DNA from: Myxococcales bacterium
GTDB lineage: Bacteria > Myxococcota_A > Polyangia > Polyangiales > DASUME01
Direction: 5' to 3'
Length of the DNA: 64,000 nt
NCBI GenBank assembly: GCA_047601445.1
Contig: JASGJH010000001.1
Location: 2,304,001 to 2,368,000 of the forward strand
Shown here: positions 47,145 through 58,770 of the stretch, in pieces
How positions within the stretch are numbered: the first letter of the stretch is position 1
Layout of the letters: each line of letters opens with the position of its first letter
Notes under the pieces: model-generated
Seen by the model: the letters and a program-made list of their open reading frames with translations, nothing else
Told to the model about the DNA's origin: nothing
The model's database searches: none
Translations under genes and position numbers: made by a program

Positions 47145-49469
47145 TCACGCGTCGACGTGGCGAGCGAGCCAGCGCAGCGTCGAGTACTTGGAGTCCGACA
47201 TGAAGCGCCGCGGGTCGCGTACCAGCTTGCGCAGCTTGCTCCCTGCCGCGCGCGGGAGTTGCTTGTCACTCGGGCGAATGGGGTGCGCTGCGGCTCCATT
47301 TTTTGCGCCCTGCTTCGCGGTCGAACTCTTGGCTGCATCGACCTTCTTCACGGCGGGGGCACCTTCGGCCAGGGCGCTTAGATCAGCCCCGATCCCGAGC
47401 CTCGCCGCGACGTAGGACTTGGCGCCCGGCCGCAGCGAGAACGCCGCTCGTGTTGCCGCGATGGTCGGCTTGCCCGGCAGGTTGAGCTGATACCAAAGCA
47501 CGTCCTTGTAGGCGTGCACCTTGCGCGTTCCCAGATCCCGTACCACCGAGCGACCACGAAAGAACGAGTACTTCTTCAGGATCATCCAGGCCACGAGCTG
47601 GCGCACCGGAAACGTGTGAAAGCCCTCGGCGTCGGGATCGACCGCCAGCTCCACCGCCTGCGTCAGCGTTTGCGCCTGCCGACCCATGCCCTTCACGTTG
47701 TAGAAGGCATTGCCCACCGTCACGAGCCTCTTCCCGTGCATCAACGCGAGGAGCCCGACACCGCTGTTGTAGCAGACCACTCTATCGGACAGGTCGATCA
47801 GCGCGTGGATGTTGTCCTCGGGCCCGCAACACACCACGTTGTCGGCCTCGAGCTCGAACTTCGCACCCGACAGCGGGTGCGCCTTGACCAAGAACAGCAC
47901 CTCGGGAAAGCGAGCCGCCACCGTCCGCACCTGTTCGACGAACTCGAGGTAAGGTTGACGCCCTTCGGCGAAGCGGGTGACCGCCGCGTCGTCCTCCAGC
48001 TGCAATGGGATCAGGCAGACCTGTCGGTAAGCGAGGCGGTAGATCTGTCGACGTCCGCGCGTCTCCGAGTAACTCCCATTGCCCTCGAGGGTGGCTCCGC
48101 CCGCGCGCAGACGGGTGATATACTCGTCCGCCAAGCAGCACTCGTCGGGCGTGAACTCGAGCTCGGCAAAGCGTACGGTCGAGAAGTCCGGATCCGCATA
48201 CGACATGTCCGGCGCGTAATACCAACTCTCGGGCAGGGGACCACGCTCGATCACCAGGGTCGCGATGCCGCTCTTGCGCGCCACCTCGAAGAACATCCTG
48301 AGCTCGAGGTGGGACTTCATGTAGGGATTGAAGATCACCACGACGTCCACGGCCCTCTGCTCGAGCAGCTTCGCGGCGCGCTCCAAACTCTCCACGTCGT
48401 CGGCTCGAGCGGGGATCAGCTGGTAGCCGAACAGGCGCAGCGGGAACAACATGTCCGCGTGCACCTCGTGCTTCAGCAAGACGAGGGCCTTCTTCGCGCG
48501 AGGCATCCAGTCATAGGTGAGCAGCGTCGAGCGATGCTCGAGAAACGGCGCCACCTGCTGGGCAAAGCAGCTGCGACTCCAGTCGTTATTCTCGTACCAG
48601 CCCGAGCAGTCGCGTCCACGCGGGTGATGGAGGTGGGCGATCCTCAAGCCAGCCAGCTCGGCTGGCTGGGCCATGAGCTCCAACAGACGCCGGAACCCAC
48701 GGTAAGGTCGCGGTCCGTAGAACTCCGTCTGACGAGGACTGAACAGATCCTCCACGGCGCTCTCCGGCAACGGATACTGCGTGGAGTAGCGTGACAACCG
48801 CAGCAAGAACTCGAAATCCTCGGAGCCGTGGCCCCGAAAGGCCTCGTTGAATCCTCCCAAGTAGTCGAAGAAATCCCGGCGAATCAAGAAGAAGTTCGAA
48901 TGGGGATCGACGTACTCGACGTGCGCGCCGCGCCCCTCCAGTGCACCTCGAAAGAACGCTCGGCCGAGCACCCGGGAGCGTTCGGCGGGCAGACCGGCCT
49001 CGAAGAACTCGGCGCTGCTTTGCGCCGCAAGGTGGTACACGGGAAGCAAGAGCAGGTGATCGAAGCACGCACCAATCCCTTGCGCGTTGGCGACGTCGAC
49101 CATCCGCCCAAACAGATCTTGCTCTCCGAAGCAGTCGATGTCGCTGAAGAAGAGGAGTTCGGTTCGGCACGCAGCGGCTCCCGCATTGCGCGCCTTCGCC
49201 AGCGAGAAAACCCCCTCGTCATCGACGTACAGATGGGCGAAGCCGGCGCGCCGGCATTCAGTCTCGATGTCGGTGCGGTACACCTCGCTCGAGCCGAAGT
49301 CCACCACGAGGACCTGTGGGCTCGGCGTGTAGTGCCCGGCCAGGGCCCGTAAGCGTTCCAGGACCCACGGATTGCGTTCGTGAGCACGTAGCGCGATGAC
49401 CATCGTGACGTCGGCCACCGTGAAATGCCGGAGACTTCGTCTGCTAAAACCCTCAGTATCGTTCAACAC
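47145..49469 (-). CDS. Bifunctional capsular polysaccharide enzyme: GT2 domain plus KpsS/KpsC-like (Capsule_synth) domain
   Basis: VVDFGS, KARNAGA, FSDIDC and GHGSEDFEF; then IERGPLP, PLQLEDD, VKAHP and NSGVGLLALMHGK; tail KLRKLVRDPRRFMSDS. GAGAGG RBS before the GTG at 49469. Confidence 0.8.
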   Translation of the reverse strand: MLNDTEGFSRRSLRHFTVADVTMVIALRAHERNPWVLERLRALAGHYTPSPQVLVVDFGSSEVYRTDIETECRRAGFAHLYVDDEGVFSLAKARNAGAAACRTELLFFSDIDCFGEQDLFGRMVDVANAQGIGACFDHLLLLPVYHLAAQSSAEFFEAGLPAERSRVLGRAFFRGALEGRGAHVEYVDPHSNFFLIRRDFFDYLGGFNEAFRGHGSEDFEFLLRLSRYSTQYPLPESAVEDLFSPRQTEFYGPRPYRGFRRLLELMAQPAELAGLRIAHLHHPRGRDCSGWYENNDWSRSCFAQQVAPFLEHRSTLLTYDWMPRAKKALVLLKHEVHADMLFPLRLFGYQLIPARADDVESLERAAKLLEQRAVDVVVIFNPYMKSHLELRMFFEVARKSGIATLVIERGPLPESWYYAPDMSYADPDFSTVRFAELEFTPDECCLADEYITRLRAGGATLEGNGSYSETRGRRQIYRLAYRQVCLIPLQLEDDAAVTRFAEGRQPYLEFVEQVRTVAARFPEVLFLVKAHPLSGAKFELEADNVVCCGPEDNIHALIDLSDRVVCYNSGVGLLALMHGKRLVTVGNAFYNVKGMGRQAQTLTQAVELAVDPDAEGFHTFPVRQLVAWMILKKYSFFRGRSVVRDLGTRKVHAYKDVLWYQLNLPGKPTIAATRAAFSLRPGAKSYVAARLGIGADLSALAEGAPAVKKVDAAKSSTAKQGAKNGAAAHPIRPSDKQLPRAAGSKLRKLVRDPRRFMSDSKYSTLRWLARHVDA

Positions 49470-49518
49470 CCTACGTACCTCTCGCGGCCATCCCGCCAAC
49501 GCCAAGCCGCGGCCTCAA

Positions 49519-49534
49519 CGCAAGGTGTATGCCA
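49519..49534 (-). promoter_or_regulatory. sigma54 -24/-12 promoter for the capsule gene
   Basis: The minus strand reads TGGCATA-CACC-TTGCG (GG-N10-GC). Confidence 0.65.
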
Positions 49535-49690
49535 GCAAAATTCCGTCGAAGTACTACGTAAAGACATCCTCATGATGGCCCGGTTTCTGGCGGCACAATT
49601 CCACCAGTGGGGCATTTAACCCCCGGCCTCCACCCTTACGATCTTGGAGCAGACTTCGGTCGGCGAGCCACTCGCGTTACCCTCCCGGCC

Positions 49691-49905
49691 ATGCGCCAGG
49701 TGGACAACGAGCTCCGCTGCGCAGCGGGCCAATGTCAGAAGACGCCCTTCACCGATGGCACCGCCTGCGGCACGGCGAGACCCGCAGCGAGGACCTCGAG
49801 TGCTGGCAGGCTTGTGAGGCGAGCGCGGGCAAGCTGCGTTGTCGCGGCGTGTCCAGCAGCGACGCCTGGCGTAGCGGACGCCAGAGCACGAACCTGAGGC
49901 GGTGA
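49691..49905 (+). pseudogene. Possible degraded remnant of a Cys-rich repeat protein gene
   Basis: CAAGQCQKTPFTDGTACG in one frame, continuing ECWQACEAS..LRC in a shifted frame; no signal peptide or RBS. Confidence 0.35.
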
Positions 49906-50107
49906 TCAGGCATTTTTCCCGTTCCCTGCGCATTCGGCCTCCCACGCGCTCTCCTGACAGCGCGTCCCAGCTTCAGGACACGCTTCGCCCCCGCACTCAA
50001 AGGAGTGGCGAAGGCGTGCGACGAACGTGTAAGAGTCGTCTCTCGGCACCGGAAGTTCTCGGATGTCGTCGTGTCCTTGCGACGCCGTAGTCATCCTGGA
50101 GAAAACG

Positions 50108-51094
50108 ATGGACGAATCGATCACGCCTGAAAATGGTGCGGGAATCCACACGCGCACCGCCAAAGCCCCGCCCCAGAACCGCACGCGAAGTTTTGGCACC
50201 ACGCCGCCACGCATCACGGAACTGCGAACGGTGGGCCCCACCGCGGGCTACGACCCCAAGATCGCCTACCTTACGTCAGTGATCTCTGGTTGGTCCTACT
50301 CGGATGCCGAGACCATGGGTCGCCAGCTCGCGTTCTACGGTCTGCCCGAGTGCACGGTGCGCCAGTTCAACGTGGTGAATCGGGCCATGCTGATCGTCGC
50401 CAGCGCCTACTACGTGCGCAGTCGCGACGGGAAAATCGGCGTGTTGGCCTTTCGCGGCACGGTGCCGGAAGACGTGATGAACTGGCTCACCGACGCCAAC
50501 ACTTCCCTGCGCAACTTCAGCTTCGGCAAGGTGCACGCGGGATTCTTCGCGAACCTGCAGCCCCTATGGGGAGAGCTCATGGAGGAGCTCGACAACTCGC
50601 TCACACGCCAGGGCGACCGCGCGCCGATCGAAAACCTCTACATCACGGGCCACAGCCTTGGCGCGGCGATGGCGGTGATCGCCGCGGCACGCCTGTGCTC
50701 GAATGACTACGAGACCTTTCAGCCCATGCTGCGCGGGGTCTATACATTCGGGCAGCCCGCCGCGGGCGACAGCGCCTTCGGCGCGCACTGCGAGTCGCGC
50801 TTCAAGCTCTATCGCCACGTGTACCGCGCCGACGTCGTGCCGCACCTGCCGCCCCAGAGCGTGGGACCTTACAGCCACTTCGGCTACGAGTTCTTGGCGA
50901 CCGAGGACGGCTGGCAAAACGTGAGTCCAGCCATGGGCAAGCTCGCGGGCGTCCTCACCGGCGCGGCCCTGAGCGCCGCCTTCGACTTCGTCACTCGCCG
51001 CATCACCTTCCTGCGCCACTTCCGGTTTCCCTACTCCATGGATGACCACGGTCCCGAGGGCTACATCTCGACCTCGCGCAACTCGCTCGGGTAG
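50108..51094 (+). CDS. Lipase class 3 family alpha/beta hydrolase
   Basis: AFRGT, VHAGF, YITGHSLGAAMA, YTFGQP, DVVPHLPP and DDH. Confidence 0.9.
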   Translation: MDESITPENGAGIHTRTAKAPPQNRTRSFGTTPPRITELRTVGPTAGYDPKIAYLTSVISGWSYSDAETMGRQLAFYGLPECTVRQFNVVNRAMLIVASAYYVRSRDGKIGVLAFRGTVPEDVMNWLTDANTSLRNFSFGKVHAGFFANLQPLWGELMEELDNSLTRQGDRAPIENLYITGHSLGAAMAVIAAARLCSNDYETFQPMLRGVYTFGQPAAGDSAFGAHCESRFKLYRHVYRADVVPHLPPQSVGPYSHFGYEFLATEDGWQNVSPAMGKLAGVLTGAALSAAFDFVTRRITFLRHFRFPYSMDDHGPEGYISTSRNSLG

Positions 51095-51109
51095 GCGGCG
51101 TAGACCGAC

Positions 51110-51913
51110 TCAACCGAAGTAGCCGGCCACGTAGCGGCGGGTGTACTCGTTCTGTGGGGCCTCGAAGACTTGCTCGGTATCTCCGAACTCCACCAGATAT
51201 CCCGTGCGAGCGCCGGCTCGGGTATCCACGTAGAGAAAGCCCGTCTTGTCGGCCACACGCGACGCCTGCTGCAGGTTGTGCGTGACGATGGCGATGGTGT
51301 ACTGGCGCTTGAGCTCCACCATCAATTCCTCGATGCGCCCCGTCGCGATGGGGTCGAGCGAGGCACAGGGCTCGTCGAGCAAGAGCACGTCGGGCTCGAC
51401 CGCGATGGCGCGCGCGATGCACAGGCGCTGCTGCTGCCCCCCGGAAAGCGCGAGGCCACTGGTATTGAGCTTGTCCTTGACCTCGTCCCACAGGGCCGCG
51501 CCGCGCAGGGCCTCTTCGACCTTCTCCGCCTTGTTGCCGCGGTAGCCGTTGAGGCGCAATCCAAAGGCCACGTTGTTGTAAATGCTCATGTCGAATGGGT
51601 TCGGCTGCTGGAAGACCATGCCGATGAAGCGCCGCACGCTGACCGGATCGATCCCGCGTCCGTAGATGTTGCGACCGTGGAAGCGAACTTCGCCGTCGAG
51701 ATGAAAGCCCCGCACCAGATCGTTCATGCGGTTCAAGCAGCGCAAGACGGTGCTCTTTCCGCAGCCAGAGGGACCGATGAAGGCCGTGATCTTGTTGCGC
51801 AGGATGGTCACGTGCGTATCCCGCACTGCCCGGAACGCGCCGTAGAAAATCTCCTTGATGTCGCAGTCGATGACGACGGCCCCGTCCTGGGCCTGCACGT
51901 TGGATTGCAGCAC
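51110..51913 (-). CDS. pstB: Phosphate ABC transporter ATPase
   Basis: [25 protein letters not shown] and [24 protein letters not shown] before the GTG at 51913. Confidence 0.95.
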   Translation of the reverse strand: MLQSNVQAQDGAVVIDCDIKEIFYGAFRAVRDTHVTILRNKITAFIGPSGCGKSTVLRCLNRMNDLVRGFHLDGEVRFHGRNIYGRGIDPVSVRRFIGMVFQQPNPFDMSIYNNVAFGLRLNGYRGNKAEKVEEALRGAALWDEVKDKLNTSGLALSGGQQQRLCIARAIAVEPDVLLLDEPCASLDPIATGRIEELMVELKRQYTIAIVTHNLQQASRVADKTGFLYVDTRAGARTGYLVEFGDTEQVFEAPQNEYTRRYVAGYFG

Positions 51914-51924
51914 GACAGCCTCCT

Positions 51925-52854
51925 TCAAGCACTTCTTCCGCGTGAAGACAGGGCTCGCCCCGCCAGATTGCTCACGAACACCATCAAGACCAGCACCAGC
52001 GCGGCCGCCCACGCCAGCTCCACCTGATTCTCGAAGGGCACCCCGGCGAAGTTGAAGATGAGTACGGCCAGCGACGCGGTGGGCTGCTTGAGATCCAACG
52101 CCCCCGTCGACGTGATCCAGTAGTTGCTGAACAGCGCAGTAAACAGCAGGGGCGCCGTCTCGCCGGCCGCGCGCGCGACCGCCAGCATGATGCCCGTCAG
52201 GATGCCCGAGCCCGCCGCCGGCAGCGTCACCATCCAGACCGTCTGGGAGGGCGTCGTCCCCATGCCTACGGCCGCTTCACGGATGCGCTTCGGCACGGAG
52301 CGCATGGCTTCTTCTGCGCTCAACACGATGGTGGGTAGCATCAGGATCGAAAGCGCCAGCGCGCCCGCGATGGCCGAGAAGCCCCCCATCAGCAGCACCA
52401 CGGAGCCATAGGCGAAGACGCCCGCCAGGATCGAAGGCAGTCCCGTGAGCACCTTGGCGGCGAATCGCACGCCGGACGCAAAGCGCGACTCCGGCTCGGC
52501 TTCCGAGAGAAAGACCCCGGTAAGCACGCCGAGTGGCACGCTCAGCACCCCCGCCAGGACGACCATGACCGTCGTGCCCAGCAGAGCGTTGCCGAAGCCA
52601 CCCTGTGCATCGAGTGGCGCAGGCGGTAGCTGCGTGAACGCGGCCCAGCCCAGGCGTGCGCTGCCCCGCACCCCCAGCATCCACAACACCGAAAACAGCG
52701 GCACCAGCGCGACGCAGGTGATGACGGTCACGCCGCTGCTGAAGATGACCCCGAACAGCGTGCGCGGGCGCATCAGCGAGCGCTCGAGTCGACCCAGGTT
52801 GACGCCCTCGAAGGGATCGTTGCCGGCGTGCTTGAGGGACACCGTGGCCATCAC
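51925..52854 (-). CDS. pstA: Phosphate ABC transporter permease
   Basis: [12 protein letters not shown] and [14 protein letters not shown]. Confidence 0.95.
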   Translation of the reverse strand: MMATVSLKHAGNDPFEGVNLGRLERSLMRPRTLFGVIFSSGVTVITCVALVPLFSVLWMLGVRGSARLGWAAFTQLPPAPLDAQGGFGNALLGTTVMVVLAGVLSVPLGVLTGVFLSEAEPESRFASGVRFAAKVLTGLPSILAGVFAYGSVVLLMGGFSAIAGALALSILMLPTIVLSAEEAMRSVPKRIREAAVGMGTTPSQTVWMVTLPAAGSGILTGIMLAVARAAGETAPLLFTALFSNYWITSTGALDLKQPTASLAVLIFNFAGVPFENQVELAWAAALVLVLMVFVSNLAGRALSSRGRSA

Positions 52855-53918
52855 GTCTTCTCCTTGAAGCGAGCCCTCGACATGAGTCGGGCTCCAAACA
52901 CATTCACGAGCAGCGTGAGCGAGAGCAGCGTGACCGCGGCGTACATCAGCACGGGCACTTGCTTGGGGCTCGCCTCGGGGAAGTTGTTGGCGAGCAGCGC
53001 CGCCAGGGTATTGGCGGGTGAGAACAGCGAGACGTCGATCCGATTGGCGTTCCCCACCAACATCGCAAGCGCCATGGTTTCACCGAGCGCGCGCCCGAAC
53101 GCCAGCATGATGGCGGCCAGGATGCCGCGTTGGGCGCTCGGGATCAGGACGGACAGGATGGTCTCCCAGCGCGTGGCCCCCATGCCATACGAAGCCATCT
53201 GGAGCTTGGTGGGGACCGCGGACAGCGCTTCGCGCGAGAGCGCGGTGATGGTCGGCAAGATCATGATCGCGAGCACCAGTACCGCGGGCAGCACACCGGG
53301 TCCCTGGAAGGGCTCGTCGAACAACGCCATGAAGCCGAAGCGCTCGTGCAACCACTGACAGAACGGGCGGATGGAGGGGATCACCACGAAGATGCCCCAC
53401 AAGCCGTAAACCACGCTCGGAATCGCCGCCAAGAGGTCGATCAGTTGTCGCAGCACCTCGTCGGCCCGATCGGGCAGCTTGGTCCAAAATGGGCGGTGAG
53501 CGAGCTTGAAGCTCCCCAGCACGAGTTGCACGACGCCACCCAGAAAGCCCTGGCTCAGAAAGATGGCCACCGACAGCCCCAGTACGCTCGCGAGCGCGAG
53601 CGCCAGCACCGACGTGTACAGGGTCCCCCAAATCTCCGGCAAGATCCCGAAGGTGCCGCGGTTTGCGTCCCAGGTCTTGCCGATCAGAAAGGCGAAACCG
53701 TACTCACGCATGGCAGGCAACGCCGCGACGCCGATCGCGATCACGATGGCTGCGACCACGAGCATCGAGAGCCAGGCGGAGACGCGGCACATCGCGAGAA
53801 ACAACCCATCGAACGTGCGCTGGCGTCGCGATGGCTCGCGCGCGACATGGCTCTCGAGGGCGACGTCGTGCTCACTCAGGGAAAGGCCCTTGGGATCTCT
53901 CGCCACATGGATCGGCAT
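52851..53918 (-). CDS. pstC: Phosphate ABC transporter permease
   Basis: LLAAIPSVVYGLWG and GRALGETMAL. Confidence 0.95.
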   Translation of the reverse strand: MPIHVARDPKGLSLSEHDVALESHVAREPSRRQRTFDGLFLAMCRVSAWLSMLVVAAIVIAIGVAALPAMREYGFAFLIGKTWDANRGTFGILPEIWGTLYTSVLALALASVLGLSVAIFLSQGFLGGVVQLVLGSFKLAHRPFWTKLPDRADEVLRQLIDLLAAIPSVVYGLWGIFVVIPSIRPFCQWLHERFGFMALFDEPFQGPGVLPAVLVLAIMILPTITALSREALSAVPTKLQMASYGMGATRWETILSVLIPSAQRGILAAIMLAFGRALGETMALAMLVGNANRIDVSLFSPANTLAALLANNFPEASPKQVPVLMYAAVTLLSLTLLVNVFGARLMSRARFKEKT

Positions 53919-53945
53919 CTCTTCCTCCCGGCGCGATCGGTTGCG

Positions 53946-54983
53946 TCAGCGTTGGGCCACCAGCTTCACGTTTTCGACGGCCTCTAGGACCTGCTTCACC
54001 ACCTTGGCGGGCAGTGGGACGTAGCCGAGCGACGCCGCCTGCGACTGGCCCTGACTCAAGCCGTAACGGACGAAGCTACGCAGGGCGTCGAGCTTCTTCG
54101 GGTCCGCGTACTCGCGGTACAAGATGAGCCAGGTGTAAGTCACGATGGGGTACGCATCGTCGGCCATCGGATCGGTATTCCAGCCGATCAAGTTGACCGG
54201 CAAGGTCATGTCCGAAAGCGCTGCCTGCCCTGAGCGCGCGTCGGGCGCCACGAAGCGACCCGCGTGGTTCTCGAGAGCCGCCATCGGCAGCTGCTCCAAC
54301 TTGGCGTAGCCGTACTCCACGTAGCCTATGGAGCCTGGCGTCAGCTCGATACTCGCGGTCACGCCTTCATTGCCCTTGGAGCGTGTTCCCACCGGCCAGT
54401 TGGGCATCTTGTTGGTACCGGGGCCCTCGGCGAACGCGGGGCTGACGGCGCTCAAGTGTTTCGTGAACACGTAGGTAGTGCCGCTGCTGTCCGCGCGCAC
54501 GACCACGTTGATGGGGCTCTCGGGCAGCGCGACGTCCGGATTGTGAGCGGTGATGGCGGGGTCGTTCCAGCGCTTGATGCGGCCGAGGAAGATCCCGGTG
54601 TAGGCCTCGCGACTCAGGTTGAGCTTCTTTACGCCGGGCAAGTTGTAGGCGATCACGATGCTGCCAGCGGTCATCGGGAAGAGCTGTACGCCCTGGGCCA
54701 CGCGCCCCATCTCCTCCTCGGTCATGGCCGCGTCGCTGGCACCGAAGTCCAGCGTGTTGTCGATCACGCCCTTGACCCCGCTGCCGCTACCGACCGACTG
54801 GTAATCGATCAGTACATTGGGATGCGCTTGATAGAACGACTTGATCCAGCTGTCGTAGAGCGGAGCCGGAAAGCTCGCTCCTGCGCCATGGATCTGCACC
54901 ACCTTGGGATCAGGCGTGCAACCGAGCACGAGCCAGGCGAGCAAGGCGAGGCAGCAAACGAGCTGAACGGCCCGCGTTGACAT
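53946..54983 (-). CDS. pstS: Phosphate-binding lipoprotein
   Basis: Lipobox VLGC; GAGASFPAPLY, YQSVGSGSG, DFGASD, RADSSGTT and KGNEGV; GGAGG RBS. Confidence 0.95.
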   Translation of the reverse strand: MSTRAVQLVCCLALLAWLVLGCTPDPKVVQIHGAGASFPAPLYDSWIKSFYQAHPNVLIDYQSVGSGSGVKGVIDNTLDFGASDAAMTEEEMGRVAQGVQLFPMTAGSIVIAYNLPGVKKLNLSREAYTGIFLGRIKRWNDPAITAHNPDVALPESPINVVVRADSSGTTYVFTKHLSAVSPAFAEGPGTNKMPNWPVGTRSKGNEGVTASIELTPGSIGYVEYGYAKLEQLPMAALENHAGRFVAPDARSGQAALSDMTLPVNLIGWNTDPMADDAYPIVTYTWLILYREYADPKKLDALRSFVRYGLSQGQSQAASLGYVPLPAKVVKQVLEAVENVKLVAQR

Positions 54984-55241
54984 GGTTCCTCCGAGCGCGC
55001 GCTGAGCGGTCCTTTCCGCCCGGGTGCGTGGGGCTAGGTGGACACTCGAAGCTCGACGGCCTGCCAGAAAGAGCTTTGCTACAGAGTTGGCACAAAGGGC
55101 CCGTTGTGGAGCGCGCCGGCATGGGCGCTCGAGTGCGGGAGACATTGCGTTTCAAGCCCCGGACCTACCTGAAGTCCGGCGCCCTCGATGCGCGACGCCC
55201 CCCGCGGCACCGCGGTGTTCCCAGAAACCGAGAGCACACCC

Positions 55242-56249
55242 ATGTCCGTGTCGATGGCCAGAAACGAGCTCGTGAGCAGCCGACTCAAGACGCAGGGTCT
55301 GGTCTGGGCCTATCGCTTCGACGAACAGGTGGAGTGCGCGCGCGAGATCGTCGAGCATGATCTGACTGCGGACTACGCAGGGTGGCTCCATTTCAACTTG
55401 GCGGACCGCCGCACTCGCCCCTGGCTCGAGCGACACGCGCACCTCAGCCAGGCGGCGCTCGACGCACTGACCTTGCCGGGGCCCCAGGCAGGCGCCCAGC
55501 AAGTAGACGACGGCTTCGTGCTGGTGCTGTTCGATGCGGGCGAGCAAGAGCTGAAGCTCGACCCCGAGTCCTTTGGAGCGCTGCATTTGTACTTCGACGC
55601 CACGCGTGTGATCAGCGCGCGCACGCGAGCCCTTCACTGCGCCGACGTGCTGCGGCGAGAGTTCGCGGAGGGGCATGCGGCCCACTCATCCGGTGAGCTG
55701 GTGGAACGGCTGGTGCAGAGCGTGGCGGACAACTTTGCGGCCACGGTGAGACAGGCGGGCGATGACGTGGACGACGTCGAGGACGTGATCCTGTCGGAGC
55801 AGCTGCAAGATCAGGGGAGACACCTGGGACGCCTGCGTCGCTTGCTGGCCCGCTTGCGCCGTCACCTCGCGGCCAACCGCAGCACCGTGGCGGGCATCAC
55901 GGCCTTGCTGTCGGAGGACTCCGAGGAGGAGCAACGCGAGCGCTTCGTGACGCTGGCTCGGCGCCTCGAAAGCGTGGCCCAGGATCTCGACCTGGTACAG
56001 GAGCGCGGGCGCCTGCTGCAGGAGGAGATCGCGGCCCGACTCAACGAGCAGACCAACCGCAACCTCTACGTGCTGGCGGTGGTGACCACGGTGATGCTGC
56101 CGGTGACCTTGGTAACCGGGATGCTCGGCATGAACGTGAGCGGGCTCCCCTGGGGGAACAGCGAACATGGTTTTCTCTGGATGTGCGGCGTGATGTTCGC
56201 GGTGGCCGCGTTGGTGCTCCGGCTGATGCGCAAGGCGCGCATGGTGTAG
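55242..56249 (+). CDS. CorA/ZntB-family divalent cation transporter
   Basis: WLHF; long helical stalk; TNRNLYVL...LPVTLVTGMLGMNVSGLP (GMN motif); two C-terminal TM segments. Confidence 0.9.
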   Translation: MSVSMARNELVSSRLKTQGLVWAYRFDEQVECAREIVEHDLTADYAGWLHFNLADRRTRPWLERHAHLSQAALDALTLPGPQAGAQQVDDGFVLVLFDAGEQELKLDPESFGALHLYFDATRVISARTRALHCADVLRREFAEGHAAHSSGELVERLVQSVADNFAATVRQAGDDVDDVEDVILSEQLQDQGRHLGRLRRLLARLRRHLAANRSTVAGITALLSEDSEEEQRERFVTLARRLESVAQDLDLVQERGRLLQEEIAARLNEQTNRNLYVLAVVTTVMLPVTLVTGMLGMNVSGLPWGNSEHGFLWMCGVMFAVAALVLRLMRKARMV

Positions 56250-56282
56250 CGAGGCAGCCGAAGCTCGAATCCTCGGCTCTCC

Positions 56283-56319
56283 AAAGCGAAACGGCGACCC
56301 CTTTCGGAGCCGCCGTCTC
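56283..56319 (-). terminator. Intrinsic terminator downstream of sucD
   Basis: The minus strand reads GAGACGGCGGCTCC-GAAA-GGGGTCGCCGTTTC followed by GCTTT. Confidence 0.75.
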
Positions 56320-56346
56320 GTTCGAGCGCTTGGCTTTCGCCTCAGC

Positions 56347-57222
<876 letters not shown>

Positions 57223-57225
57223 GAC

Positions 57226-58407
57226 TCAACCACCCTTCTTCACGAGGTCGACGATCTTCTGCGCACCGTCCTTCATGGTGTCCGCAGCGGTGATCTTCAG
57301 GCCCGAGTTATTCAGAATTTCTTTACCCTTGGCGACGTTGGTGCCTTCGAGGCGCACGACGAGCGGCACGTTGAGGCCGAGCTCCTTGGTCGCGGCGACC
57401 ACGCCCTCGGCGATGATGTCGCACTTCATGATGCCACCGAAGATGTTCACGAAGATGCCCTTCACGTCGGACGACGAGAGGATGATCTTGAACGCCTTGG
57501 TGACCTGTTCCTTGTTGGCGCCGCCGCCCACATCGAGGAAGTTCGCCGGCTCGCCGCCGAAGTACTTGATGATGTCCATGGTGGCCATGGCGAGGCCCGC
57601 ACCGTTCACCAGGCAGCCGATGTTGCCATCGAGCTGGATGTAGCTGAGGCCCGTCTTCTTGGCCTCGATCTCGGTGGCGTTCTCTTCGCTCATGTCACGC
57701 AACGTGTCCCACTCCTTGTGGCGGAAGTCGGCGTTGGTGTCGAAGTTGAGCTTGGCATCCAGGGCGAGCACATGGTCGTCCTTGGTGACGATTAGCGGGT
57801 TCACCTCGGCGAGCGAGCAGTCTTCCTTGACGAAGAGCTCGTAGAAGCTGGTCACCAGCTTGTTGAACTCGCTGGCCGTCTGACCGGAGAGGCCGAGGGC
57901 GAACGCGAGCTGACGAGCCTGGAAGGGCGCGAGGCCGACGGCCGGGTCCACCGCCACCTTGAGGATCTTCTCAGGGTGCTTCTCGGCGACTTCTTCGATG
58001 TCCATGCCGCCCTCGGTGGACGCCATGATGGTGACCCTGCGGGTCTCGCGATCGATGACGGCAGCGAGGTAGAGCTCGCGGGCGATCGGCAAGCCCTGCT
58101 CGATCAGCAAGCGCTGGACCTTCTTGCCCTCGGGGCCGGTCTGGTGCGTGACCAGCTGCATGCCGAAGATTTCCTGGATGGCCTGCTTGGCCGCTTCGAG
58201 GCCCTTCTTGACCTTGACGCCACCGCCCTTACCGCGGCCGCCCGCGTGGATCTGGGCCTTGACCACGACGACGTCGTTGCCGGTCTCCGCGATCAGCGTC
58301 TCGGCGGCCTTCTCGGCCTCCGCCACGGTGAATGCGGGAATGCCCTTGGGGACTGGAATCCCGTATTTCCGAAACAGGTCTTTGCCTTGGTACTCATGAA
58401 TGTTCAT
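57226..58407 (-). CDS. sucC: Succinyl-CoA synthetase beta subunit
   Basis: [34 protein letters not shown] and NFLDVGG. Confidence 0.98.
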   Translation of the reverse strand: MNIHEYQGKDLFRKYGIPVPKGIPAFTVAEAEKAAETLIAETGNDVVVVKAQIHAGGRGKGGGVKVKKGLEAAKQAIQEIFGMQLVTHQTGPEGKKVQRLLIEQGLPIARELYLAAVIDRETRRVTIMASTEGGMDIEEVAEKHPEKILKVAVDPAVGLAPFQARQLAFALGLSGQTASEFNKLVTSFYELFVKEDCSLAEVNPLIVTKDDHVLALDAKLNFDTNADFRHKEWDTLRDMSEENATEIEAKKTGLSYIQLDGNIGCLVNGAGLAMATMDIIKYFGGEPANFLDVGGGANKEQVTKAFKIILSSSDVKGIFVNIFGGIMKCDIIAEGVVAATKELGLNVPLVVRLEGTNVAKGKEILNNSGLKITAADTMKDGAQKIVDLVKKGG

Positions 58408-58770
58408 AGGTCACCCTCGGAGCTTTGCTGCGGCTTCGATAAGCTCTTGGTCGAGCGTGATCTGGTTCCGCTGCGGCATCTTTGCTTGCTTCCTGACCCG
58501 CGCTGGACTCAGCCACGGGCGCGCGTCGCCCTGGCGGGCCGAGCTGCGGTTGGCCGGCAGCTAGGTACCTGTCGCGGGCGGGGCCGGATATAGCACGCGG
58601 CTTACTAGACACGAGTCCCGTGAACCGGGAAGACAACCCCCGCGGGCGTGCCCCGGGTCCCCTCCCCGTTCGAGCACGGATTTTGGTCCGCCGCGGGTCA
58701 AGCCCGAGTGCCCGGCCGCGCCGCTGGGGGCCCCGTCCCCCGGGCCAACCGAGCGGGCCCGACGTCTGTC

